Positions 13,359-24,424 of a DNA stretch of 64,000 nucleotides are shown here, piece by piece. The DNA lies in contig JANJGN010000002.1 of the NCBI GenBank assembly GCA_026770705.1, positions 214,086,001-214,150,000 on the forward strand. The letters are read 5' to 3'. Origin of the DNA: Isurus oxyrinchus (lineage: Eukaryota). Below the pieces are notes generated by a model. That model was given only the letters and a program-made list of their open reading frames with translations. It was not told the origin of the DNA and made no database searches. Each line of letters starts with the position of its first letter. Position 1 is the stretch's first letter. Position numbers and translations under genes: made by a program.

Positions 13359-14839
13359 CTGGTGGAACACGTGCATTGCATGCTGGTCGGATTTTCATGG
13401 ACATGGCTCAGCTGTGAAGCAGCTCACGGAAGGTGTCTGGGGTCTGATTTGGGACATCAGGGTCTTGGCCATGGGCTGCTACGGATGATCGTTGAGGGGG
13501 GTGGAGACGAAGGTGTATCGGGGTGGGGTGAGTTTGGGAAGGGGGAACGATGATGTCGGGGGCTGAGGTTGGGAGGGGGGGAAACGATAGTGTTGGGAGG
13601 GGTGAGTTTGGGAAGAGAGAACAAGAGTGTCGGGGGGTGAGGTTGGGAGGAGGGGAATGATGGTGTTGGGTGCTGAGGTTGGGAAGGGGGTAGAGAGTAC
13701 AAGGGAGGAGGGCGTAACGGGGAGAAGCAGCAACTGAGGAGGTAGGTGTGAGGGGAGAGAAAGATGTAAGGGAAGGTGTTCAGAGGGGGATAAGAGTTCA
13801 GAGGGGAGCAGGACTTTGAGGGGAGGAAGTTGGAGGGGGGCAGGAGTCCAGGGGGAAGAAGGAGTCCAGGTAGAAGAAGGAGTAAGGGTGGAGGAAGTAG
13901 TAAGGGTGGAGGAGGGAGTAAGTGGGGGTGGGGATATCCAGGTGAACATGCAAAAGCGGAATCTGTGGAGTCCATGACTGCCTGCTGGGGATCAACCTGA
14001 AGGTGCGTGTGATAGAAGGGAACAGTGGGAATGAGAGAGGTAGGAGGGAATGGTGAGTATGAGAGGGGGCAGAGTGACCCCATATGGTGGGAGGATGAGG
14101 GTGTGATGGTAGCAGTAGAAGGGACAGTGAGGGTTGTTGGTGGGGACACAGGCAGACATGGACCCTGGGGGCAGGAAGGAGGAGGTCAGGGAGGTCAATG
14201 TGGATGGGGGGTGGGATTCGCATAATGATAGGGAATGTGCATGTTCACCTGGCCATCCTGGAATGATAAGGGTTCTGGTTGGTAGGTGACGGTGTGGAGG
14301 TGGAAGGTGATGCCAAGGGGGGGGGGGGTCAACAGTGATGGGGGAAAAGGACATGGGTGACTGGGGAGGGGAACGGACGGGAGAGCTGAAAACATACTTT
14401 ATAACAACGACACTCCTGAAATTGAAAGTGCAAAGGAGCCCCGTGTTGGACGGGGTAAAGATGCTGCAAGGTGGGCGGAGATGCAGTTCAGCTCAGATGG
14501 ACAACTGAAAGAGAAACCCAGTGGGCAGCATCGAAAATTCTCGGGACAATGAGATGAGTGTGACGGGGGAAGGCTCAGTGTGTGTGGGAGAATGGTTGCA
14601 CGAGGCTCTAAAAGGCTCTACCACACACACACTTCTCCATCCGGAATCACTCCTGGTCTGGCTTTGTGCAGCTGAACTGTTAGTGGTGGGGAGGATGCAG
14701 GGGGAGGACTCACAAAGCCTGTAAATGAAGCTGAAAGACAACATTACCCATTACCCAGTGAAAGTGAATATATTTTCCAATTATTAAGTGACAAAATATG
14801 TTCACCCATGCAACCACTTGTGATCAGAAATTCTTACCT

Positions 14840-16547
14840 TTTCTAGGCCTGGCATTTCTAGGTGCTGCCCTGACATCCACAGCAGGGGTGGAGGCAGCCT
14901 GAGCAATGTTTGGCCCTGTTGGCTCTGAAGCCTTCGATCTGGGCCCGCTGGAGAGCTGAGGCCTTGAGGACCCTGGCTTGCTTTGGCTGTCCTCCTGTGG
15001 GCTGGCTGCTCCCTCTGCGGTGACAGAGGACGAGGTTGAGGGGGGTCACGGGCAAAGGGGACTCAGAGGGAGAGGACAGCCTCTGAGATTTCTGAGTGAA
15101 TGACCCAGGGATTCCCAGATGCTGCTCTTACCCCCTTTGGATGCTCGAGGCCCCCGGCCTGATTCCTTGAGGGGTAGGAGCACCTGGAGGGATGTCGAGG
15201 TGCCCCGTTTCCCGCTTGCGTTATCGCTGCAGGAGATCACCCAAGTCTCCCGTGATGGAGTGCAGGTCTGTGCTCATCCCCACGTTCTGCTGGACCAGGG
15301 TCTCCATGGCATCCGTCATCCTTCCTATGAAGCCCTCCATACCTGCACATATGGGCACCACTGCATCAGAGAGCAGGCAGACACACTCCTCTTACTCACA
15401 TGCCACTCTGTGGAGGGCATCCAATAGCTCTGCATGACATTCCCCCAACTTCTGCTGACTCTCCAAGATGAGTTGGAAGGTTAAATCCGGACTCTCACCA
15501 TCTGACTCGGAGCTCACAGATGCCTCTTCCACAGCAGTCCTCCGAGTTCCGGGGAGCCGGGCTGAACCTGCCTCCTCCTGCTGCAGGAAGTTGTCCATGA
15601 GGTGGCCATCAGATTATAAACCCGAGCCTGCTCTAGATCTAGGCCCCACCAAGGTGTGTATACCTGCGCTGGTGGAGGGTGTGGGTAAGCACTGTGACGC
15701 GTATTCCAGGTTGTTTATTTCCAGCTCTTCAATGGAGGAGGTGTCCTCTTGGCTGGAGGTGAGGACCTGGATGGAACTGAGGGACTGGCTGGCTGAGGGT
15801 GTCGGTCACTTGGCAGAGCTCCCTGTGAATCAAAGTAGAGATAATTAGTGCATGGCAGCACAGTCAACAGCAGGAGAGAGAGCACTCACAGTTACGCTGA
15901 GGGAGGGATGATGTGGTGCAGGATTCTCATGTGGCTGTTCGCTGCCGACCTCACTGTTACTGCAGGCAGGGTCTACACCCTCACCAGCCAGCATGATGCC
16001 ATGCTCCTAAAAGTGAGTGAGGGGTCTAATGTGGGCCACTCCACCCCCAGCCTGGGACCTCTCCCTGCTAATGTGAGCCAGCTTGTCCTGCATGAAAACA
16101 GATGGAGAGAGTATGATCAGGACGCATGGCACTTCCTGGAATGTTTGTGTGGTGAGCGGAGCCATGGACGGGATGAGGATGTGGGCTCTGGAGATTATGA
16201 GCCTGATGGAGTTGTGATGGTGTGTGTGAGAGTTAGTGATGTTGTTCCCTGAGGTGTGAGATCCCTGTGGATGTGTGAATTGAGAGTGAAGAGACGAGTG
16301 ACGTACCCTGGCGGAACGGATGAGAGCATTCATCCTCTTCCTGCACTGGATGGCTATCTTCTTTTGCAGGGTGTTGCTGCTGACCACTACTGCCACCACC
16401 TCCAATGCTGGATTGGTTATCTCGCTTGCTGGTCTTCACCCAGAGTGTGGGTAGAGGACAGTGCAGCGGCCTCCTCGCTTCCAGTAGGCACTCGAGGGAG
16501 GCATCGTTAATTCTGGGGCCAGCATGTTTCCTCTCTTTGGCAGCCAT
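14840..16547 (-). pseudogene. Harbinger Myb/SANT-like DNA-binding protein gene, spliced, disrupted
   Basis: Exon 1 (16547-16307) MAAKERKHAGPRINDASLECLLEA...QCRKRMNALIRSAR|gt; exon 2 from 16087 ag|[16 protein letters not shown]; a further acceptor at 15822; frameshifts and stops present. Confidence 0.75.
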
Positions 16548-17152
16548 CAGTTCCCAGCAGCTTCTTATCCTTTGAAGAGCATTATCTCTGTGCAGGGGCG
16601 GGCTTAAATATAGCGTTCGGTTTACTGAAGGCCTGAGGTGACGATGGGGTGGGCAAATCAGAGGCCATGTTCCCCACGAATGCATAACTAATGAGGTGGG
16701 GATGGGACGACACAGCGTGAAAAGCCGCCACTATGGCCGGCAGTTAGAACGTCCTTTTTCCCACCCGCTACCAAACAGTGCAAATCTGGGACGATCCTGT
16801 CCTTTGTGTCCTCCTCGCAACTTGCTTTCCTACCTATCTTCATAGCAAATTTGGCTACAATGTGCTTGGTCCCTTTATCTATGTTATTAATATAGATAAT
16901 GAATAGTCGCGTACCCAGCACTGATCCCTCTGGCACTCCACCAGTTATATTTTGCCAACCTGGAAATGATCCATTTATCTCGACACTCTGTTTCCTGTTA
17001 GTGAACCAGTTGTTTATCCATATTAAGATATTACTCCCAATGTCTTGAGCTCTTAACTTATGTAGTAAGCTTTTATGTGACACCTTATTGAACGCTTTTT
17101 GGAAATCCAAATACACTACATCCACTAGTCCCCCTTTATCCACCCTATTTGT

Positions 17153-17371
17153 TGTAGTATGAAGAGTTAATTAAGAGCTAGAGTGCATCAGCAGTGATGT
17201 CAGATCACATGTAACTGGAAGCTGAGGGAAGAAGATTCTAATGGGGTCCTGCTAAAGTCTGTCTCTGTAAATAGTGTAAATAGCCAATAAATTCTCTTTC
17301 ATTTGCAACAGCATGGTTTCCAGCTCTCTTCCATCGAAGACACCCAAGAGCCTGGTTGTGATATTAATTCA
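17153..17371 (+). mobile_element. Probable solo LTR inside CR1
   Basis: TG...CA ends, 5-bp TSD tttgt/cttgt, AATAAA near 17286; CR1 sequence resumes colinearly after it. Confidence 0.55.
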
Positions 17372-17929
17372 CTTGTTACATCCTCAAAGAATTCCAATAA
17401 ATTTGTCTAACATGATTTCCCTTTCATAAAACCATGTTGACTCTGTTGGATTGTATATTGATTTTCTAAGTACGCTGTTACTACTTCCTTAACAATGGAT
17501 TCCAGCATTGTCCCAATGATAGAACTTAGGCTACCTGGACTATTGTTTCCTGCTTCCTGTCTCTCCCCTTTCTTAAATATTGGCATTACATTTGCGCTGT
17601 GACCTTTCGAGAATCTAGGGAGTTTTAGAAGGTTACAACCAATGCATCCAGTAGCTCTGCACCCACTTATGTTAACAATCTAGGATGCAGGCCATCAGGT
17701 CTTGGGGTCTTGGTCCCATTACTTTTCCTTCATTGGTCTGTTAGGACTGGCTGGATCAGGAGAGTTTGATCGTTCAGCTCAATGCACCAAAACATGGCCA
17801 CTTCTACCTTCAATGACAAGCACTGTAGTATGGACTACTGTGTTTCAATTACACTATAATTGTTTCATTTACCTTGCTGCAGACCTCAGGCATACCATTA
17901 GCAACAACACAGAAAAGTAAATAGGATAT

Positions 17930-18490
17930 AACAACAACAACTTGTATTTATATAGAACCTTCAACATAATTAAAAGTCCCAAAGTGCACAGGGGCACTAT
18001 CAAAATAAAATTGATACAGACCACATGAAAAGGTATTAGAACGAGCAACCAAAAGCTTGGTCAGATAGGTAGGTTTTAAGGAATGCCATTAAGGAGCAAT
18101 GAGAGGTAGCAAGCATCGAGTTTTGGGAAGTATTTCAAGAGCTGAGGGCCCAGGCAGCTGAAGACACAGCCACCATTGGTGGAGGAACAAAAATCGGGGA
18201 TTCTCCAGAGGCCAGAATTAGATAAATGCAATAGAGAGTTGTGGGACTGGAGGAGATTACTGATTTAGGAAGGGACTACACGGAGAGGTTTGAAAATAAG
18301 AATGAGAGCTTTAAAATTTAAATTGTTGCTTGATTGGGAGCGCTGATGGGCGAATGGGGCTTGGTGGGAGTAAGGACATGTACAGCAGAATTTTGGATGA
18401 CCTCAACTTTACAGAAGGTAGAATGTAGAAGGCCAACCAGGAGTATGTTGGAATAGTCAAGCCTAGAGGTAGGAAAGGCATGGATGAGGG
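17930..18490 (-). mobile_element. L2-type LINE 3' end
   Basis: acaacaacaacttgtatttatatag..ccttcaac..gtcccaaagtgc tail plus upstream body homologous to 7300-7670. Confidence 0.6.
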
Positions 18491-18944
18491 TTGATTTAAA
18501 ACTATTGATTCAGAAGTTCAAGCCAAGCTGAAAACACATTTCCTGAAATGAGCAAATAGTAAGGTGGTAATCTAGTAAATAGGGCATGACACTGAAAATT
18601 TGGGTGGTGAATGGCAGAGATCAGAGAGAGAGCTGAAAAATCCAGGATGGCACAAAATGATTGGAACTGGGAGAGTGAAAATTAGCAACAATTCTGAATG
18701 GAAAGCAGAACCACAGAAATCCATTATAGGTAGTGATTACCATGTGCCAGAGACACTTAGCACCAAAATCAAGTATCAGGAACTGGTGTATCTGTGATGT
18801 ACCAGGCTATAGAGTTAAGTCAGCAATAATAATCTCCAATTTCTCTCAACAGTGTTATTATAAACATGGGCACCGGGCGATGTTTATGTTGCCTTGTGCA
18901 GGGCAAATACACAGAAGGTTGCAAAACTCCAATTAAAATGTTTT

Positions 18945-19278
18945 CGTTATTTATTCGTGGGATGTGGGCATCACTGGCTAGGCCTTGTTCAGAGGACATT
19001 TAACAGTTAACCACATTGCTGTGGGTCAGGAGTCACATGTAGGCCAGATCAGGTAAGGGCAGTGGATTTCCTTTCCTAAAGGACATTAGTGAACCAGATG
19101 GGTTTTGCAACATTTGGCAATGGTTTTGTGGCTAACATAAGACTTTAATTTCTAGATTTTTATTGAATTCAGATTTCACCATCTTCCATGATGGAATTTG
19201 AACCTGGGTCCCCAGAGCATCACCATGCGATCCCTGGATTACTTGTCTATTGACCATACCATTATAGCACCTCCTCCC
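18945..19278 (-). mobile_element. tRNA-head SINE (same family as 7895)
   Basis: Reverse complement of the core (cctaaaggacattagtgaaccagatggg) and a B-box-like gggttcaaattcc near 19200. Confidence 0.75.
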
Positions 19279-19522
19279 TATCCCCATCTTAAGGGTATTA
19301 AGAGTTATGGAACCCAGATTAGCTGTGATCAATCTAATTGAATGGCGGAACAGGATTGAGGGACAGAATGACCTCCTCCTGTTACTATTCCAGCTGGATG
19401 GTCTCCAATTCAAATATGTTTATATGATTGGGTTTTGCCTGTGTAACATGTAGTTTCCACAACAAAAACAGAATTACCTGGAAAAACTCAGCAGGTCTGG
19501 CAGCATCGGCGGAGAAGGAAAG

Positions 19523-19561
19523 AGTTGACGTTTCGAGTCCTCATGACCCTTCGACAGAACT
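19523..19561 (-). ncRNA. Putative minimal type-I hammerhead ribozyme (PLE-associated)
   Basis: Reverse complement: AGUU CUGUCGA A GGGUC AUGAG GACUC GAAA CG UC AACU; stems I and II pair, with a palindromic ACGU at stem III. Confidence 0.6.
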
Positions 19562-19622
19562 TGAGTGAATCCAAGAAAGGGGTGAAATATAAGCTGGTTT
19601 AAGGTGTGTGGGTGGTGGGGGT

Positions 19623-19655
<33 letters not shown>

Positions 19656-19911
19656 TGGGTGGGGGGAGAGAAGTGGAGGGTTTTGGTGTGGTTGTAGTGA
19701 CAAACAAGCAGTGATAGAAGCAGATCATCAAAAGATGTCACAAACAACAGAACAAACGAACACATAGGTGTTAAAGTTGGTGATATTATCTAAACGATTG
19801 TGCTAATTAAGAATGGATGGTTGGCCACTCAAGGGATAGCTCTAGTGGGGGTGGGGGGAGCATAACAGATTTAAAAAGATTTAAAAATAATGGAAATAGG
19901 TGGGAAAAGAA

Positions 19912-22658
19912 TAAAGTTGTTGAATTCAATATTCAGTCCAGAAGGCTGTAAAGTGCCTAGTCGGAAGATGAGGTGTTGTTCCTCCAGTTTGCGTTGGCCT
20001 TCACTGGAACAATGCAGCAAGTCAAGGACAGACATGTGGGCAAGAGAGCAGGGCGGAGTGTTAAAATGGCAAGCGACAGGGAGGTTTGGGTCATTCTTGC
20101 GGACAGACCTCAGGTGTTCTGCAAAGCGGTTGCTCAGTTTACGTTTGGTCTCTCCAATGTAGAGGAGACCACATTGGGAGCGATGAATGCAGTAGACTAA
20201 GTTGGGGGAAATGAAAGTGAAATGCTGCTTCACTTGAAAGGAGTGTTTGGGCCCTTGGACGGTGAGGAGAGAGGAAGTGAAGGGGCAGGTGTTGCATCTT
20301 TTGCGTGGGCATGGGGTGGTGCCATAGGAGGGGGTTGAGGAGTAGGGGGTGATGGAGGAGTGGACCAGGGTGTCCCGGAGGGAGTGATCCCTACGGAATG
20401 CCGATAGCAGGGTGAAGGGAAGATGTGTTTGGTGGTGGCATCATGCTGGAGTTGGTGGAAATGGCGGAGGATGATCCTTTGAATGCGGAGGCTGGTGGGG
20501 TGATAAGTGAGGACAAGGGGGACCCTATCATGTTTCTGGGAGGGAGGAGAAGGCATGAGGGCAGATGCGCAGGAGATGGGCCGGACACGGTTGAGGGCCC
20601 TGTCAACGACCGTGAGTGGAAAACCTCGGTTAAGGAAGAAGGAGGACATGTCAGAGGAACCGTTTTTGAAGGTAGCATCATCAGAACAGATGCGACGGAG
20701 GCGAAGGAACTGAGAGAATGGGATGGAGTCCTTACAGGAAGCGGGGTATGAGGAGCTGTAGTCGAGGTAGCTGTGGGAGTCAGTAGGTTTGTAATGGATA
20801 TTGGTGAACAGTCTATCACCAGAGATTGAGACAGAGAGGTCAAGGAAGGGAAGCGAAGTGTCAGAGATGGATCACGTGAAAATGATGGAGGGGTGGAGAT
20901 TGGAAGCAAAATTAATAAATTTTTCCAAGTCCCGACGAGAGCATGAAGCGGCACCGAAGTAATCATCGATGTACCGGAGAAAAAGTTGTGGAAGGGGGCC
21001 GGACTAGGACTGGAACAAGGAATGTTCCACATACCCCATAAAGAGACAGGCATAGCTGGGGCCTATGCGGGTACCCATAGCCACACCTTTTATTTGGAGG
21101 AAGTGAGAGGAGTTGAAGAAGAAATTGTTCAGTGTGAGAACAAGTTCAGCCAGACGGAGGAGAGTAGTGGTGGATGGGGATTGTTCGGGCCTCTGTTCAA
21201 GGAAGAAGCTAAGGGCCCTCAGACCATCCTTGTGGGGGGTGGAGGTGTAGAGGGATTGGACGTCCATGGTGAAGAGGAAGAGGTTGGGGCCAGGGAACTG
21301 GAAATTGTTGATGTGACGTAAGTTGTCAGAGGAATCACGGATGTAGGTGGGAAGGGACTGGACAAGGGGAGAGAGAAGGGAGTCAAGATAACGAGAAATG
21401 AGTTCTGTGGGGCAGGAGCAAGCTGAGATGATCGGTCTACCGGGGCAGTTCTGTTTGTGGATTTTGGGTAGGAGATAGAAGTGGGCCATCTGAGGTTGGG
21501 CGACTATCAGGTTGGAAGCTGTGGGAGGAAGATCCCCAGAGGAGATGAGGTCAGTGACAGTCCTGGAAACAATGGCTTGATTTTCAGTGGTGGGGTCATG
21601 GTCAGGGAGAGATAGGAGGAAGTGTCTGCGAGTTGACGCTCAGCCTCCGCGAGGTAGAGGTCAGTGCGCCAGACAACAACAGCACCACCCTTGTCAGCGG
21701 GTTTGATGACAATGTCAGGGTTGGACCTGAGAGAATGGAGTGCAGTAAGTTCAGAGAGAGAGAGATTAGAATGGGTGAGAGGAGCAGAGAAATTGAGACG
21801 ACTAATGTCGCGCCGACAGTTCTCAATGAAAAGATCAAGAGAAGGTAAGAATCCAGAGGGAGGGGTCCAGGTGGAGGGAGAATATTGGAGGTGGGTGAAA
21901 GGATCCGTTGAACGGGGAGAGGACTCCTGCCCAAAGAAGTGAGCCCAGAGACGAAGACGGCGGAAGAAGAGTTCAGCATCATGCCGAGCTCGAAATTCAT
22001 TGAGGTGAGGGCGAAAGGATATTAAACTAAGTCCTTTGCTGAGCACTGAACGTTCAGCATCGGAGAGGGGAAAGTCAGGGGGTATAGTGAATACACGGGT
22101 GGGGCTGGGATTGGAAGATGAGGTGGGGACGGAGGGACAGGCAGGGGTGGAGGGTCCTAGATGGGTGTTGGTGTCGATGAGTTGTTGGAGCTTGTATTCC
22201 TTAGCACTTGAGAGAAAGAGAAAAAGTTTCTTGTTGAGGCGTCGGATGAGCCGAAGGATAAAATGAAACTGGGGGCACGCGCAGCTTTGAAAAAAGGTAC
22301 GGCGGTGCTGCTGGAGGGAGAGGTCGAGTGTGTTCATATGGCGGCGCATGGCACTGAGTGTGGATCTCAGAATGTGACGGGAACAGCAGTCCAAGAAATG
22401 TTTTATGTCCCGGAGATACCTGTAATCCTGGGTGGGTTCGAAACATGAGGGGTGGAATTTCAGTTGAAATCCACGTGGGGTAAGTCGGAGACGGAGAGAG
22501 TCACTGAGAAAGGAGATATGGCTGTGAAAGCGGGTTTTAGTAAACACCTTGTCAAACACCAGGAGAGAATTGGAAAGCAATGAAGGTGAACAAGGCAAAA
22601 GAGAGATACGGAAATCTTGTCGCAGAGACGAACAGAACTTCTTCAAGGAGGTAGGCAT
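19912..22658 (-). pseudogene. PLE ORF (RT + GIY-YIG endonuclease), near full length, with frameshifts and a stop
   Basis: KPADKGGAVVVW; FTMDVQSLYTS; GVAMGTRIGPSYA; YIDD; Cys-rich linker; NLVYCI..CGLLYIGETKRKL..RFAEHLRSV. The Cys linker suggests the Neptune group (inference). Confidence 0.9.
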
Positions 22659-22792
22659 TTCTTGAAGAGCAGTGGCAGTCAATTAAACAGAGAGATAAAA
22701 ACAAAAAAACTGCGGATGCTGGAAATCCAAAACAAAAACAGAATTACCTGGAAGAACTCAGCAAGTCTGGCAGCATTGGCGGAGAAGAAAAG

Positions 22793-22831
22793 AGTTGACG
22801 TTTCAAGTCCTCATGACCCTTTGACAGAACT
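22793..22831 (-). ncRNA. Putative hammerhead motif, mutated
   Basis: Same layout, with core CUGUCAA and a stem II substitution. Confidence 0.45.
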
Positions 22832-22871
22832 TGAGTGAATCCAAGAAAGGGGTGAAATATAAGCTGGGTTA

Positions 22872-22902
<31 letters not shown>

Positions 22903-24385
22903 GCGGGGGGGGGGGCGCGGTTTGGGTGGGGGGAGAGAAGTGGAGGGGGTTGGTGTGGTTGTAGGGACAAACAAGCAGTGATAGAAGCAGATCACCAAAA
23001 GATGTCACAAACAACAGAACAAAAGAACACAGGTGTTAAAGTTGGTGATATTATCTAAACGAATGTGCTAATTAAGAATGTATGGTAGGGCACTCAAGGT
23101 ATAGCTCTAGTGGGGGTGGGGGAGCATAGAAGATTTAAAAAGATTTAAAAATAATGGAAATAGGTGGGAAAAGAAAAATCTATATAATTTATTGGAAAAA
23201 ACAAAAGGAAGGGGGAAACAGAAAGTGGGTGGGGATGGAGGAGGGAGCTCAAGACCTAAAGTTGTTGAATTCAATATTCAGTCCGGAAGGCTGTAAAGTG
23301 CCTAGTTGGAAGATGAGGTGTTGTTCCTCCAGTTTGCGTTGGAACAATTCAGCAAGCCAAGGACAGACATTCGGGCAAGAGAGCAGGGCGGAGTGTTAAA
23401 ATGGCAAGCGACAGGGAGGTTTGGGTCATTCTTGCGGACAGACCGCAGGTGTTCTGCAAAGCGGTTGCCCAGTTTACATTTGGTCTCTCCAATGTAGAGG
23501 AGACCACATTGGGAGCAACGAATGCAGTAGACTAAGATGGGGGAAATGCAAGTGAAATGCTGCTTCACTTGAAAGGAGTGTTTGGGCCCTTGGACGGTGA
23601 GGAGAGAGGAAGTGAAGGTGCAGGTGTTCCATCTTCTGCGTGGGCATGGGGTGGTGCCATAGGAGGGAGTTGAGGAGTAGGGGGTGATGGAGGAGTGGAC
23701 AAGTGGATTGATCCCTACGGATTGCCAATAGTGGGGGTGAAGGGAAGATGTGTTTGGTGGTGGCATCATGCTGGAGTTGACGGAAATGGCAGAGGATGAT
23801 CCTTTGAATGCGGAGGCTGGTGGGGTGATAAGTGAGGACAAGGGGGACCCTGTCTGTCCTTGTCTTGCTGCATTGTTCCAGTGAAGCCCAACGCAAACTG
23901 GAGGAACAACACCTCATCTTCCGACTAGGCACTTTACAGCCTTCTGGACTGAAAATTGAATTCAACAACTTTAGATCTTGAGCTCCCTCCTCCATCCCCA
24001 CCCCCTTTCTGTTTCCCCCTTCCTTTTGTTTTTTCCAGTAAATTATATAGATTTTTCTTTTCCCACCTATTTCCATTATTTTTAAATCTTTTTAAATCTT
24101 TTATTCTCCCCCCACCCCCACTAGAGCTATACCTTGAGTGCCCTACCATCTATTCTTAATTAGCACATTTGTTTAGATAATATCACCAACTTTAACACCT
24201 ATGTGTTCTTTTGTTCTGTTGTTTGTGACATCTTTTGATGATCTGCTTCTATCACTGCTTGTTTGTCCCTACAACCACACCAACCCCCTCCACTTCTCTC
24301 CCCCCACCCAAACCACCACCCCACCCCCCCACCACACACACACCTTAAACCAGCTTATATTTCACCCCTTTCTTGGATTCACTCA

Positions 24386-24424
24386 AGTTCTGTCGAAGGG
24401 TCATGAGGACTCGAAACGTCAACT
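24386..24424 (+). ncRNA. Putative minimal type-I hammerhead ribozyme
   Basis: agtt ctgtcga a gggtc atgag gactc gaaa cg tc aact. Confidence 0.6.

Larger units (their letters stand above)
12698..16802 (-). mobile_element. Non-autonomous PIF/Harbinger element (copy A, both ends present)
   Basis: 3-bp TSD TTT (12695-12697 / 16803-16805); degenerate TIRs GGCCGGAATTTTCC and (reverse complement) GGACAGGATCGTCC; clean insertion in CR1; contains a Myb/SANT gene and no recognisable transposase. Confidence 0.85.
11085..17720 (-). mobile_element. CR1 LINE RT region interrupted by three nested insertions
   Basis: VDVVYLDFQKAF..GVPEGSVLG..KASCEEDTK (16688-17143) joins in frame to [28 protein letters not shown] (12553-12700) once the Harbinger insertion is removed; 3' tail near 11090. 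Confidence 0.9.

Noticed and set aside
13457-14395. Long Pro/Ser/Leu-rich ORFs (also 29006-29994, 35113-35529, 58610-59086, 63154-63705) as host genes
   Set aside because: They arise from C-rich or G-rich low-complexity strands that lack stops in several frames; the frames are not consistent between copies.
20230-21053. Overlapping alternative-frame and antisense ORFs within the PLE (also 50299-51156)
   Set aside because: Shadow frames of the C-rich RT coding strand with no recognisable domain.
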